Shown here piece by piece: positions 17,775 through 27,922 of a stretch of 64,000 nt of DNA. How positions within the stretch are numbered: the stretch's first letter is position 1; every line of letters starts with the position of its first letter. The notes beneath the pieces were generated by a model. That model saw only the letters and a program-made list of their open reading frames with translations. It did not search any database and was not told the origin of the DNA. This DNA comes from Kiritimatiellia bacterium. Lineage in GTDB: Bacteria; Verrucomicrobiota; Kiritimatiellia; RFP12; UBA1067. Location: NCBI GenBank assembly GCA_033812795.1, contig JAPXSY010000006.1:16755-80754 (forward strand), in the 5' to 3' direction. Both the position numbers and the translations under genes were made by a program.

Positions 17775-19544
17775 TTACACCAACAAGGCATCGTCCAGTT
17801 TGGCTTTGACCTGCTCGATCGTAAGGCGTTCCTGCAGCATGGTGTCCCGGTCGCGGACCGTGACCGTGCCGTCCTCGAGGGTCTGGAAGTCGATGGTCAC
17901 GCACCAGGGCGTGCCGATCTCGTCCTGACGGCGGTAACGGCGGCCGATCGCGCCGCCCTCGTCCCAGAACGCGGAGTAGCGGCGGCGCAGGTCTTCGAAA
18001 ATCCCGCGGGCCCTGTTGTAGAGATCCGGCTTGTTCTTCACGAGCGGGAAGACGGCGACCTTAACCGGCGCGATGCGCGGACTGAAATGCATCACGATAC
18101 GGGTATCCTCTTTGCCCTTATCGTCGGTCAACTTCTGCTCCTCGTAGGCGTTGCAGAGCAGCGCGAGCATCATGCGGTCCACCCCGGCAGAAGGCTCGAT
18201 GACATGCGGCACGTACTTGCCCAAGAAGAGCTTCGATACGAAGGCGCGCGCGTCGGACTCGTCCTTACCGTGCGCGCGCCACTCGGCGACGACCTTATCG
18301 GTGAACGCGAGCTTAGCGGCGTCATCCAGCTTATCGGCCGCGAGCTTGAGCGGCTCGTCAAACACCTCCATGCTTTTGCCGCTGTGCTTTTGGTGCTGCG
18401 AGAGATCAAAGTCCGAGCGCGCCGCGATCCCTTCCAGCTCCTGCACGCCGAAGGGGAACCGGTATTCGATATCGACACAGGCGCGCGCGTAGTGGGCCAG
18501 CTCCTCAGGCTTCTGCCAGTACTCGACAAAGGACGTCTTGGGCAGTCCGCACGCCTCGAGCCAAGCCTTGCGCTGCTCAACCCAATATTTGTGCCACACC
18601 TCCCAGCCCCACGAGTCCTGCGGCACGGAGAGATCGGGATGGTCGTCCAAGGTGGTGACGTGTCCGCAAATCAGCTCGACCGCCTCGTCGGGCCGGATGA
18701 AGAACTCCAGCTCCATCTGCTCGAACTCGCGCGAGCGGAAGGTGTAGTTGCGCGGCGTGACCTCGTTGCGGAAGGACTTGCCCATCTGCGCGATACCGAA
18801 CGGCACCTGCTGGCGGCTCGTGGCCAGCACATTCTGGAACTGCGCGAAAATCGCCTGCGCAGTCTCGGGACGCAGATAGGCGATGTTCGCGGAATCGTCC
18901 ACCGGGCCGACCACGGTCCTGAACATCAGGTTGAACGGGCGCGGCTCGGTCAACTCACCGCCGCAGTAGGGACAGGGGACCACCGCAGGCTGCGGGGCCT
19001 TGGCATTCGCCAGCAGCGTGTAGAGCGCGCGCACCGCGGCATATGGCGCGGGATCGGCCTTGAGCGTCTCATAGGCGGCGGTCAGCGTGTCCGCATCGAG
19101 CACGGCCGCCAAATTCGGGGCAAGCCCTTTGGCCTTGCCTTTGCACCAGCCCGCGACTTGGGCCGCGTCCGCGCCGCCCTCCAGCAACGCCTTCAGACTC
19201 TGGCCGATCGCGCCTTCCGCCAGAATGTCCCACACCTGGTCGGCGCGCATCAGCTTTTTGCAGGCCCGGCAGGTGCACATGGGGTCCGAAAAGGTATCAA
19301 GGTGTCCCGAGGCTTTCCAGATCGCCGGATGCATGATGATCGTGGCATCGAGTCCCGCCACATCCTCGCGATTGCGCACCGTGGTCTTCCACCAGTCCTC
19401 CTTGATGTTGCGCTTCATCTCGCAGCCTAGCGGCCCGTAATCCCAAAATCCGTTGATCCCCCCGTACACCTCGGAACTGTGAAAAATGAAACCGCGGCGT
19501 TTACACAATGAGGCGATGACATCCAAGCTGCTTGTGTTCGACAT
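17775..19544 (-). CDS. glyQS: Glycine--tRNA ligase, alpha2 dimeric (eukaryote/archaea-like) type
   Basis: 589 aa. N-terminus: MSNTSSLDVIASLCKRRGFIFHSSEVYGGINGFWDYGPLGCEMKRNIKEDWW. Class-II motifs and an anticodon-binding domain at the C-terminus are present. Confidence 0.9.
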   Translation of the reverse strand: MSNTSSLDVIASLCKRRGFIFHSSEVYGGINGFWDYGPLGCEMKRNIKEDWWKTTVRNREDVAGLDATIIMHPAIWKASGHLDTFSDPMCTCRACKKLMRADQVWDILAEGAIGQSLKALLEGGADAAQVAGWCKGKAKGLAPNLAAVLDADTLTAAYETLKADPAPYAAVRALYTLLANAKAPQPAVVPCPYCGGELTEPRPFNLMFRTVVGPVDDSANIAYLRPETAQAIFAQFQNVLATSRQQVPFGIAQMGKSFRNEVTPRNYTFRSREFEQMELEFFIRPDEAVELICGHVTTLDDHPDLSVPQDSWGWEVWHKYWVEQRKAWLEACGLPKTSFVEYWQKPEELAHYARACVDIEYRFPFGVQELEGIAARSDFDLSQHQKHSGKSMEVFDEPLKLAADKLDDAAKLAFTDKVVAEWRAHGKDESDARAFVSKLFLGKYVPHVIEPSAGVDRMMLALLCNAYEEQKLTDDKGKEDTRIVMHFSPRIAPVKVAVFPLVKNKPDLYNRARGIFEDLRRRYSAFWDEGGAIGRRYRRQDEIGTPWCVTIDFQTLEDGTVTVRDRDTMLQERLTIEQVKAKLDDALLV

Positions 19545-20007
19545 ATCCTTCCTTCACTTGCGTGGTCGCGCAATCATGCGCTTATGAAATTGCCATTCTC
19601 GCCCCCCGCCGGTCAGGGACCAGTGCAACACCGGCCCCTGACCGGCGGGCTCGCGAATCCTCCAGGTGACAAACCAGTGTTAGTTTGGCATGCGGACGGG
19701 GTGTAGGCAAGGGGAAACAGGCCGTGAACAACGCGCTTCTCCGTCCGATGATCCGGATAATCCCGTTATTGTCCCTTCCAACCTGCCGTCACACTTCATA
19801 CCCCAGAGGACATGAGACGGCAACCGGTCACGAACGGGACACACGATGATGATGCACCGCGTGAGCGGCAAAGTACGGAACGTCACCGGCCTTGGGCAGG
19901 TCAGATAAGGCGCTTTTTACCACCCCGTCGCCTTTGTCCGCTTGCCAGAACGATGGCATTTTGCGACACTGTCGTCAAACAACACGTTCACCTTGGGAGG
20001 CAATCAC

Positions 20008-20790
20008 ATGATGCGGATCACACGATATGTCCTATGTGCGGGGATCTTTTCTGCGGCCTGCTGCCTTGCGGCAGAGGAAGGCTGGACCCCGTTGTTCAAC
20101 GGGAAAGATCTGGACGGCTGGATCCCGAAAATCAAAGGGTATCCCGCAGGCGAGAATTTCGCCAACACCTTCCGCGTGGAGGACGGCATGATCAAAGTGC
20201 GCTACGACGGGTACGACGGCGCGTTCAAAAACCGTTTCGGGCACCTTTTTTACAAAACCCCGTTCTCCCACTATATTCTGCGTGTCGAATACCGGTTTGT
20301 AGGAGAGCAGTTGCCGGACGGTGCCGGATGGGCCAAACGTAACAGCGGCGTGATGATCCACGGACAGACGCCGGAAAGCATGGGAGTGAACCAGTCGTTC
20401 CCAGTATCAATCGAGGTCCAGTTCCTGGGCGGACTGGGCAGCGGCAACCGCACTACCGCCAACCTCTGCACTCCCGGCACAAATGTTGAAAAGGACGGCA
20501 AACTTTACACGCCGCACGGACTCAGCGCCAAATCCAAGACCTATCACGGCGACCAATGGGTGACGGTTGAGATCGAGGCGCGCGGTAGCGAAACCATCCT
20601 CCATCGCATCGAGGGCGAGACGGTCTTGCAGTATGACAAGCCGCAGTATGACCCCAAAGACGGCGATGCCCGACGCCTGATCGAGGCGAACGGCGGCAAG
20701 CTCCTGATCGAGGGCGGGACAATCTCGCTTCAGTCGGAGAGCCATCCCATCGACTTCCGTAAAATCGAGATCAAGGTGCTGAAGCCGTAG
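20008..20790 (+). CDS. Secreted DUF1080 / 3-keto-disaccharide hydrolase-like (LamG-like jelly-roll) protein
   Basis: A signal peptide (MMRITRYVLCAGIFSAACCLA) is followed by GWTPLFNGKDLDGW, a hallmark of DUF1080. Confidence 0.7.
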   Translation: MMRITRYVLCAGIFSAACCLAAEEGWTPLFNGKDLDGWIPKIKGYPAGENFANTFRVEDGMIKVRYDGYDGAFKNRFGHLFYKTPFSHYILRVEYRFVGEQLPDGAGWAKRNSGVMIHGQTPESMGVNQSFPVSIEVQFLGGLGSGNRTTANLCTPGTNVEKDGKLYTPHGLSAKSKTYHGDQWVTVEIEARGSETILHRIEGETVLQYDKPQYDPKDGDARRLIEANGGKLLIEGGTISLQSESHPIDFRKIEIKVLKP

Positions 20791-23614
20791 TGTCCCCGGC
20801 ACCATGGCGCCGGGCCGATTCCTGAGCCATCGCTGACTCCGCAAACAGCGCTTCCACGCGCCGCAACAGTTCTTCGCGGGTTTCGACGCGCAGCAATGGG
20901 CACGGCAGACTCTTGCGGAAGGTGGCGCCGTACGATTTGGTCACCACACGCGGATCCGCGATGATGACCACGCCCCGGTCCGCCCGGGTGCGGATCAGGC
21001 GGCCGAAACCCTGCCGAAAGCGGATCACGGCCTGCGGCAGCGAAAACTCTCGGAAAGCGCAGCCTCCCGCATCTTCAATCTGTTCACAGCGCGCTTCGAC
21101 AATCGGATCGGTGACGGCCGCAAAGGGCAGCCGCGCCATGACCACGCAGCTCAGCGCCTCCCCCGCCACATCGACCCCCTCCCAGAACGAATGCGTTCCA
21201 AGCAGAACGCAGTTCCCGCCGGTACGGAAGATCCGTGTGATCTGATCGCGCGACCCGTTGGTGCCGTGCACCAGCAGACGGATGCCGGCCTCCTGCAGCG
21301 GCTCCTCCAGCAGCCGCGCGACCCGGTTCATCATTTCATAACTGGTGAACAGCCCCATCGCCCGCCCGCGTGTCCGCGTGAACACGTCCAACATCAGACC
21401 GCTGAGTTGCTCGGCATAGGTGCCGCCCGTGCCCCCTGTGGGTTCGGGAAGAAAAACCGGTGCCAGCGCCGCGCACTGCGTGAGATAATCGAACGGACTC
21501 GCCGCCACACAGGTCAGGAGCCGATCCGGTTCGAGCCGGTCGATCCCCAATCGCCGGCTGATATACCCGAACGAATTTCCCACGCGCAACGTGGCCGAAC
21601 AGAACACCACGGTGGCCTTCCGGCGGTAAAGCGTCTCGGCCAGCGCTTCACCGATACGAAGCGGTGCCGCGTAAAGATGGGCAGTCCCCGCACTGCGGCT
21701 CGGCGGTTCGGCCCAAAAAACGTGTTCCGCGTCATACGCGGCGAGAACGAAATCCAGATCCATCGCATAGGTCCGGAGCGACGCTGCCGCGCCTTCGACA
21801 TTGGCAGCCTGATCGTCATACAGCGCGAGCTCGCCTTCCGTCGCCTGCCGCAAGGCTTCCCCCAAGGCCAGCAACAGACCGGAGGCTTCGGCGATCGCAT
21901 TCTTCAACCCGATGCGATGCATTTGGACAGTGTCCTCATCCCATGCGTCCGGACAGGGCGTGAACCGCTTATCACGGAAAACCTCGCGGCGGAAACCGGA
22001 GGGAAACACGCCGCCGCATGCGGGTTGCCCGGCATTTCCCGCCGCGAGGGCCGACTCCCCCGTCGGCCAAACTGTCGCGTCAGGACCGTCGCAGGGCACA
22101 CACCGGAAACGCACCGGACCGGGTTCCGGCTGGATCAAGCCGTGGAGCGACTCGAACAGTTGCCGAGCCGCAGCCTGCACCTCTTCGAGCACATTGCGGA
22201 TCTCCCGGATTTGACGCCGCAGCGCTTGGGCGTATTCCGGATCCGCAGTCACCGCGCCCTTCTCCAAATGGTTGCGCAGAACTTCCAGCATACCCCCGGC
22301 CCGCCGCCCCCGGCCCCGGCTTAGTCGGCGCAACAGTTGGGTGAGGCGCGTCTGCGTAATCTCCGTGGAGAGGTGGCGCGTCGCGGCCTCCTCCAGATTG
22401 TGGGCCTCGTCAAACACGATCTGGGCATGCGGCGGCAGGGCGGTCCCGGGGGCCCGCGACTCCGCGAACACCAGAGCGTGATTCGCGATCACCACATGCG
22501 CCGCAGCGGCGCGCGCGCGGGCCCTCTGCAAAAAACAGCGCCGACTGTAGCGGCAGGCACGGCCTGGACACTCTTCGGCGGTAGAGGCCAGCTTCGCGAG
22601 GAACTCGGCATCGACACGTCCCGGACCCGCAAAGGTATCAAGATCGCCGTCCGGCGTCTGCGCGGCCCAGGCAAGCACATACGCGAAATGGCGCCATTCC
22701 GGGCGATCGAGTTCGTACTGGCTCTGCTCCAGCAGAATCGCGAGCCGCCGCAGACAGAAGTGGTTTGAGCGCCCTTTAACCACCGCCACGCGCAGAGCGG
22801 CGCGCCCGCCAGGACAGACCGCCTCGCGGACCCGCGGCAAATCGTTCTCGATCAGTTGGGCCTGCAAGTTCCGCGTGTTGGTGCTGACCACCACCGGAAC
22901 ATCGTTGAGCAGCGCCCAGGCCGCGGCCGGAATCAGGTAGGCCAGACTTTTGCCGACACCCGTACCGGCCTCGACCAACAAATGGCGCCCCTCGTTGAAG
23001 GCACGCGTGACGGCGTGCAGCATCTCGACCTGTCCGGCACGCGGCTCATAACCGGGCATGAGACGTGCGAACGCGCCGCCGGGAAGCAGATGCGCGGCCA
23101 TGGCCGCAACATCCAGCGGCGAGCAGTCGGCATGCTCGGGCAAGGCACGGCGATCCCCCCGGCGCGCCTCCGGGGCGAAGGTCTCGATCCAAGGCCCGCA
23201 TCCGACGCCAGCTTGACGAACGCAAGCCGCGAAGTGGCTGAAGACGCGCGCCAGTCCGTGCTCATCGAGATTGCGCAGGATCCCCTCAATCGACTCCAGT
23301 GTCCACAGGGGCAACGCGTTCAAACGCGCCGCCACAGCCTGCCACAGCACCCCGATCGCCTCACCGGTGTGCGGCCCCTGGCGTATTTGCGTGGTCACCT
23401 GCTCGGCGGGCGTGCCCGGGAAGGCGAAGGCGTACAGAACCAGCACATCGACCGCCCACGCCCCTTCCTGCGGCAAGACCCCCTCAAACGCGGCCGGATC
23501 CTGCGTGACGTACACCGTCTCCCCGCCGTCACGTTGATCCGTGACGGGAAAGAGATCGAAGACCGGCGGTCGGCCGGGATGTCGCGTGACCCAAACTGTA
23601 CGGAAGTTCAGCAT
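20771..23614 (-). CDS. DinG/XPD-family (Rad3-like) Fe-S ATP-dependent DNA helicase with an N-terminal extension of about 250 aa of unknown function
   Basis: Walker A: EAGTGVGKSLAYLIPAA. A 4-Cys Fe-S insertion reads CLRR...CPGRACRYSRRC. DEAH box: VVFDEAHNL. Helicase C-terminal motifs include VVFCSATL. Confidence 0.8.
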   Translation of the reverse strand: MLNFRTVWVTRHPGRPPVFDLFPVTDQRDGGETVYVTQDPAAFEGVLPQEGAWAVDVLVLYAFAFPGTPAEQVTTQIRQGPHTGEAIGVLWQAVAARLNALPLWTLESIEGILRNLDEHGLARVFSHFAACVRQAGVGCGPWIETFAPEARRGDRRALPEHADCSPLDVAAMAAHLLPGGAFARLMPGYEPRAGQVEMLHAVTRAFNEGRHLLVEAGTGVGKSLAYLIPAAAWALLNDVPVVVSTNTRNLQAQLIENDLPRVREAVCPGGRAALRVAVVKGRSNHFCLRRLAILLEQSQYELDRPEWRHFAYVLAWAAQTPDGDLDTFAGPGRVDAEFLAKLASTAEECPGRACRYSRRCFLQRARARAAAAHVVIANHALVFAESRAPGTALPPHAQIVFDEAHNLEEAATRHLSTEITQTRLTQLLRRLSRGRGRRAGGMLEVLRNHLEKGAVTADPEYAQALRRQIREIRNVLEEVQAAARQLFESLHGLIQPEPGPVRFRCVPCDGPDATVWPTGESALAAGNAGQPACGGVFPSGFRREVFRDKRFTPCPDAWDEDTVQMHRIGLKNAIAEASGLLLALGEALRQATEGELALYDDQAANVEGAAASLRTYAMDLDFVLAAYDAEHVFWAEPPSRSAGTAHLYAAPLRIGEALAETLYRRKATVVFCSATLRVGNSFGYISRRLGIDRLEPDRLLTCVAASPFDYLTQCAALAPVFLPEPTGGTGGTYAEQLSGLMLDVFTRTRGRAMGLFTSYEMMNRVARLLEEPLQEAGIRLLVHGTNGSRDQITRIFRTGGNCVLLGTHSFWEGVDVAGEALSCVVMARLPFAAVTDPIVEARCEQIEDAGGCAFREFSLPQAVIRFRQGFGRLIRTRADRGVVIIADPRVVTKSYGATFRKSLPCPLLRVETREELLRRVEALFAESAMAQESARRHGAGDTTASAP

Positions 23615-23638
23615 GTGCGCCGAACCGGAAATCCGGCC

Positions 23639-24508
23639 TCACTTCCCCATGTCGAAGAGCTTCAGGCAATGCCGGAAATCGGCGGGCAGCGGGCTGTGCG
23701 CCTGAAGGGTTTTGCCCGGCCGCATCGGATGCGGCAACCCGAGTCCCGATGCGTGGAGCATCAGGCGCGGCACACTCAACAAACGCGGGTCCCGCGCAAC
23801 TTTCACCCCGTATTTGCGGTCCCCCAGTACGGGATGACGAATCGCGGCCAGATGACGCCGGATCTGATGGGTACGTCCCGTTTCGATCCGCACCTTTAGA
23901 AAACTCGCGTCGCGGGAGAGCATGATCCGCTGAATGTGGCTAACCGCGCGCTCGCCGTCCAACTCCTGATCTACCGTTGAGGCGTGCCGTTCGTAGCGCC
24001 CGGAAACGATCGTATGATACTGCTTGGTCACCCGCCGCGTCTTGAACAACTCCACGGCGGCGTCAAAGGCCTCCGGCGTCTTGGCGCACAACAGACAGCC
24101 GGTGGTGTCCCGGTCGAGCCGGTGCACCGCCTTCAGTTCCGCGATCCCCGTCTGCGCGCGCAGCCGCTCCTCCACGCTCCCCGCGCCGACCGTCAGCAGA
24201 CCGGAAGGCTTGTCCACAACCGCATATTCCGCATCCTCGATGAGCAGGCGGATTTTCGGCACCGCAACGGGGTTCGCGTCCCGCGCGCCCTTACGCAGCA
24301 CCGCAGCCGGCAACTCTACCGTATCACCCTGACGTAGCGTATGATGCGCCATCCAGACACATTTGCGGTTCACCCACACCACCCGTTCGTCCAGCAGGGC
24401 TTTCACCGCCCGTCGGGAACGCGAGAGTTTCGCGGCGAGAAAAACCTGAACCGATTGACCTGCCTCGCTCTTGGACACCACAAAAGACAACACACCCGCC
24501 CGGCTCAT
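23639..24508 (-). CDS. RluA-family pseudouridine synthase (RluD-like) with an N-terminal S4 domain
   Basis: S4 domain: QVFLAAKLSRSRRAVKALLDERVVWVN. The catalytic motif HRLDRDTTGCLLCAKT contains the catalytic Asp. Confidence 0.85.
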   Translation of the reverse strand: MSRAGVLSFVVSKSEAGQSVQVFLAAKLSRSRRAVKALLDERVVWVNRKCVWMAHHTLRQGDTVELPAAVLRKGARDANPVAVPKIRLLIEDAEYAVVDKPSGLLTVGAGSVEERLRAQTGIAELKAVHRLDRDTTGCLLCAKTPEAFDAAVELFKTRRVTKQYHTIVSGRYERHASTVDQELDGERAVSHIQRIMLSRDASFLKVRIETGRTHQIRRHLAAIRHPVLGDRKYGVKVARDPRLLSVPRLMLHASGLGLPHPMRPGKTLQAHSPLPADFRHCLKLFDMGK

Positions 24509-24537
24509 ATCACCCGCTCTTTCCGCTTCCGCCCCCG

Positions 24538-25257
24538 TTACACCTGCAGAAGCGAACCCACCACCCCTGCCACCGCATCCCGTCCCAAACGGTTCGGACC
24601 CATCTGAACCTCAAGATCGATCCGCTTGTCTTCCTCCGCGTCTGCCACCACCCGGCAGGCCACCGGTTCGCCACCCAGCGCGCGATTGAAAAGCTCCGGC
24701 AACGGCTCGTCCGGCATTAGATCCTCAAACGGCCGTCCCAACACCTCGTTCTCTTCCCGAAGATCGAACATCTTCAGGAAGGCCGGGTTGACACACCGGA
24801 ACACCCGGTCCCGATCGCACACAAAACAGGCGCTCTGCGCGTTCTCAAACGCATTCGCCATGCTGCGCAGAGCCTGCCACTGTTTGCGCCGGCGCTCCGT
24901 GTTGCGGACCGTGAACACCAAATCACCGCTATTGATCAGATCAATCACGCTGATGGTCACCTCCGCCGCGAACACCGTTCCGTCCTGACGCTGGCACTTG
25001 GCGTCGAGCATGATGTGGCGCGCCTCATCGATCCCTTTGCGGATCCGCCCGATCATCTGCGGGGTGACGCCCGGGATCAGAAAAGCCACCGGCTTGTCCC
25101 ACACCTCCTCCGGCTTAACCTGAAAATACTCGGTCGCACGCGGATTGATCTCAATCACATGCCCGTTCGGGTCCGTGATCAGCAACGCATCATACATGCC
25201 GGCGATGAGTTGACGGTAAAGTGATTTATGATCCCGCATCGCGCAAACGGACGTCAT
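24538..25257 (-). CDS. Tandem PAS-domain sensor protein with no output domain
   Basis: Two PAS-like blocks are present (LIAGMYDALLITDPNGHVIEINPRATEYFQ is one of them). 239 aa. Confidence 0.6.
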   Translation of the reverse strand: MTSVCAMRDHKSLYRQLIAGMYDALLITDPNGHVIEINPRATEYFQVKPEEVWDKPVAFLIPGVTPQMIGRIRKGIDEARHIMLDAKCQRQDGTVFAAEVTISVIDLINSGDLVFTVRNTERRRKQWQALRSMANAFENAQSACFVCDRDRVFRCVNPAFLKMFDLREENEVLGRPFEDLMPDEPLPELFNRALGGEPVACRVVADAEEDKRIDLEVQMGPNRLGRDAVAGVVGSLLQV

Positions 25258-25436
25258 GTATCCCCCCTCTTTTCCAACACCTGCCGCACACGGTTACATC
25301 GTGCGGGACACGTTCACAACAACATGATTACTATGACAGGTTACTTCGCTTTCCGCAATTCCTGTTTTCATGAAATATGGACTCGCCTTACCCTGTCCGG
25401 CGTATTATCATGATCTCACCATTTGGGGAGGGAGTT

Positions 25437-25694
25437 ATGGAAGAGCGGCTTGACGAAACCACCTTCGTTTCATTCATTTGTGAGGCGTGCAATCAGGAGA
25501 TTGAGGCACCCGCAGACCTTGCGGGCCGTGAAACCGAGTGCCCGACCTGCGGCGTGACCCTCACGGTGCCTTACGTCTCCACGCCCGGAACCCTCTGGGG
25601 CGGTCCCCTTGAAAACACGGGGGGCCCCACTCCCGCGCAGACGGAGGCCATGAAGAGCCGGACGATCCGCATCGAACTGCCGGACAGTTGGTGA
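25437..25694 (+). CDS. Small zinc-ribbon protein
   Basis: MEERLDETTFVSFICEACNQEIEAPADLAGRETECPTCGV shows CxxC...CxxC. An RBS-like GGAGGGAG sits upstream. Confidence 0.5.
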   Translation: MEERLDETTFVSFICEACNQEIEAPADLAGRETECPTCGVTLTVPYVSTPGTLWGGPLENTGGPTPAQTEAMKSRTIRIELPDSW

Positions 25695-25701
25695 TCGTCC
25701 C

Positions 25702-26880
25702 ATGTCCCGCATCCTGTTCATCTCCCCGAAACCCTACTCCCCTTGGGAAGGCGCCTGCCACCGGACGCGCCATATACTCGAAGCCCAAATTGCCTTAGGG
25801 TACGATGTCGACCTGCTCACCCCGACGGAGGGTCAGACGCCCACCGTTGCCGACTCCGTCACCACTATCCCGCTGCCACGCCTCCCGTTCTGCCGACGCA
25901 CGCCCACCCTCCCTTCGCTTCTCCGCCTCACACTGGACCTGCTCGCGCTTCTCAAGATCCTCTGGCTTGCGGGAAACACGCGGTATGCGCTGATCCACGG
26001 ACAGGGCAACAGCGGGGTCCTCGCCTGGGCCGCGGCGCGCCTGCTGCGCATCCCCTGTATCGTGGAACTGCGGAACGACCCTGCGCCAGACCCCGCGCAC
26101 CGGCGCGGCCTCATCCCCGCACTCTACCGACGGCTGGAACACAAGGCGCTGAGACAGGCGGATGCGGTCATCGGCCATGATGCGGCAACGGTCGCGCGTC
26201 TGACAGACTTGGGCTGCCATAGCCGCGCGTGCGTGATCGCCGACATCCCGGCCGTAACCGAGGTGGCGGACGCACCGGCCCGCAATCTGGCGAAAGCGCG
26301 TTACCGGACCCTGACCGATCAGGATCTGGTCACCTGCGTCGCTTCCTATACCCGGTTTCAGGGACTCGACCTCTTTTTCAACGCGCTCCCGCGCCTGTTG
26401 GCAACGCTGCCCCACACGCGGTGCGTGGTCGTCGGCGGCGGCCCGGAGGAGATCGCGCAGATGCGCGAAGCCCTCGACCGGGCAGGCATCCATGAGGCCG
26501 TGACTTTCCCGGGCCGATTGTCCACCAGCGAGTTGGCCGCGTTGCTCGCGATTTCGGACGTGCTGGTCTCGTCCCGCCGTGCCGGCGCCACCGCACCCAT
26601 CAAAGTTCTCGACTACCTCCTTTCCGGCACTCCCATCGTGGCAGTCGACACCCCCGCCAACCGCGCCATCCTCTCGCCGGAAAACGCCGTGATCACCCCC
26701 GCCACGCCGGAGGGACTGGCGGACGGACTCATCCGCCTCCTGAGGTCGCCCGGACTCCGTACGGAACTCAGACTCAAAGGCCGCGAAACCCTGCGCCGCG
26801 AAAACCGCACGCCCGAGGCCTTCCACGCAGCCCTGGCGCGCTGTTACACCTATGCGCTCTCCCGGTCGGAGGCCGAGTGA
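25702..26880 (+). CDS. Family-4 (GT-B) glycosyltransferase
   Basis: MSRILFISPKPYSPWEGACHRTRHILEAQIALGYDVDLLTP. The C-terminal GT-B domain has an EX7E-like region. Confidence 0.75.
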   Translation: MSRILFISPKPYSPWEGACHRTRHILEAQIALGYDVDLLTPTEGQTPTVADSVTTIPLPRLPFCRRTPTLPSLLRLTLDLLALLKILWLAGNTRYALIHGQGNSGVLAWAAARLLRIPCIVELRNDPAPDPAHRRGLIPALYRRLEHKALRQADAVIGHDAATVARLTDLGCHSRACVIADIPAVTEVADAPARNLAKARYRTLTDQDLVTCVASYTRFQGLDLFFNALPRLLATLPHTRCVVVGGGPEEIAQMREALDRAGIHEAVTFPGRLSTSELAALLAISDVLVSSRRAGATAPIKVLDYLLSGTPIVAVDTPANRAILSPENAVITPATPEGLADGLIRLLRSPGLRTELRLKGRETLRRENRTPEAFHAALARCYTYALSRSEAE

Positions 26881-26881
26881 G

Positions 26882-27922
26882 ATGACGCGCCGCCTCCTCC
26901 GTTTCGCGCGCTCCTTCGTCATACTGGTCTCGCTGTTTCTGCTGTCGACATTGATCGCCGCCAACGCGCTCGTTCATCTGCCGCGCCAACGCCAACAGAG
27001 CCTGCTCCAAAACCTTCCGGATGTTGCGGCCCAAACGCTCACGCGTGTCGGCCATGCCGCGGCCGACATCACCGACGGACTCGGCTGGACCGGCCGTGAC
27101 GCCGTGGCCGCCCTGCCGCAGCCGACGGACACCAACCGCCTGACCCGCGCGGGTGTACCGCGCCGACTGCCCTCCTGCACCGCGCCGGATGATCTGGTCG
27201 TGCTCAACAAGATCGGCTTCACCATCGGTTATTCACCCGCGTGGCGTCATCCGGTCTGGGTCGCCTACCGGGCCGACCCGACGTGCCGAAACCCGCTGTT
27301 ACCGCGCCCCTCCGGATTCAAGCCCGACCCTGCCGCGCCGCGTTCGCCCAAACACCGGGAGTACTCCCGCAGCGGATACAACCGCGGCCATATGGTTCCC
27401 AACCGCGTGATCGCCTCGCGTCACGGTCCCGCAGCGCAGGCGCAGACCTTCCTCACCTCGAACATCTGCCCGCAGCGCGCCTCCCTCAATCAGGGGCCGT
27501 GGGAAAACCTGGAGTTCCGTATCGCGGAACTCTGGCCTACGCGGTACGGTTCGGTCTGGGTTCTGGCCGGCGCGGTGCCCGCACCCGAGGCCCGGCGACT
27601 GCCCTCCGGTATCCATGTGCCCGCCGCGTTTTACCAGATCGTCGTGACCCAGCCGCAGGACGGGACACTCCGCGCCTTCGCGGTGTACATGCCGCAACAC
27701 GTCCGGCGCCGCACCCCGGTCCGCTCCATGCTGGTTTCGATCGACGAGTTGGAGACGCTCACGGGGTTCGATTTTCTCTCCGAGCTGCCGGACGAGGTGG
27801 AGGCAGAACTCGAAGCCGCCACGCCCACGCGCCTCTGGCCCGTGGGGCTTGTCGGCACCATCCGGCTTGTGCGTGAACGCTTCCGCCGCTACCCCGTGAA
27901 ACGCGTTCAGGGCGCGCGCTGA
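26882..27922 (+). CDS. Membrane-anchored or secreted DNA/RNA non-specific endonuclease (Serratia-nuclease family)
   Basis: Signal-anchor: LLRFARSFVILVSLFLLSTLIAANA. The active-site motif SGYNRGHMVPN carries the catalytic His of the RGH family. Confidence 0.75.
   Translation: MTRRLLRFARSFVILVSLFLLSTLIAANALVHLPRQRQQSLLQNLPDVAAQTLTRVGHAAADITDGLGWTGRDAVAALPQPTDTNRLTRAGVPRRLPSCTAPDDLVVLNKIGFTIGYSPAWRHPVWVAYRADPTCRNPLLPRPSGFKPDPAAPRSPKHREYSRSGYNRGHMVPNRVIASRHGPAAQAQTFLTSNICPQRASLNQGPWENLEFRIAELWPTRYGSVWVLAGAVPAPEARRLPSGIHVPAAFYQIVVTQPQDGTLRAFAVYMPQHVRRRTPVRSMLVSIDELETLTGFDFLSELPDEVEAELEAATPTRLWPVGLVGTIRLVRERFRRYPVKRVQGAR

Noticed and set aside
19545-20007. tRNA or other small RNA genes in the larger intergenic gaps (12896-13356, 19545-20007, 61166-61577)
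   Set aside because: No GGTTCGANTCC T-loop or TAGCTCAG-type D-loop signatures were seen. A real scan with tRNAscan/Infernal would be needed.
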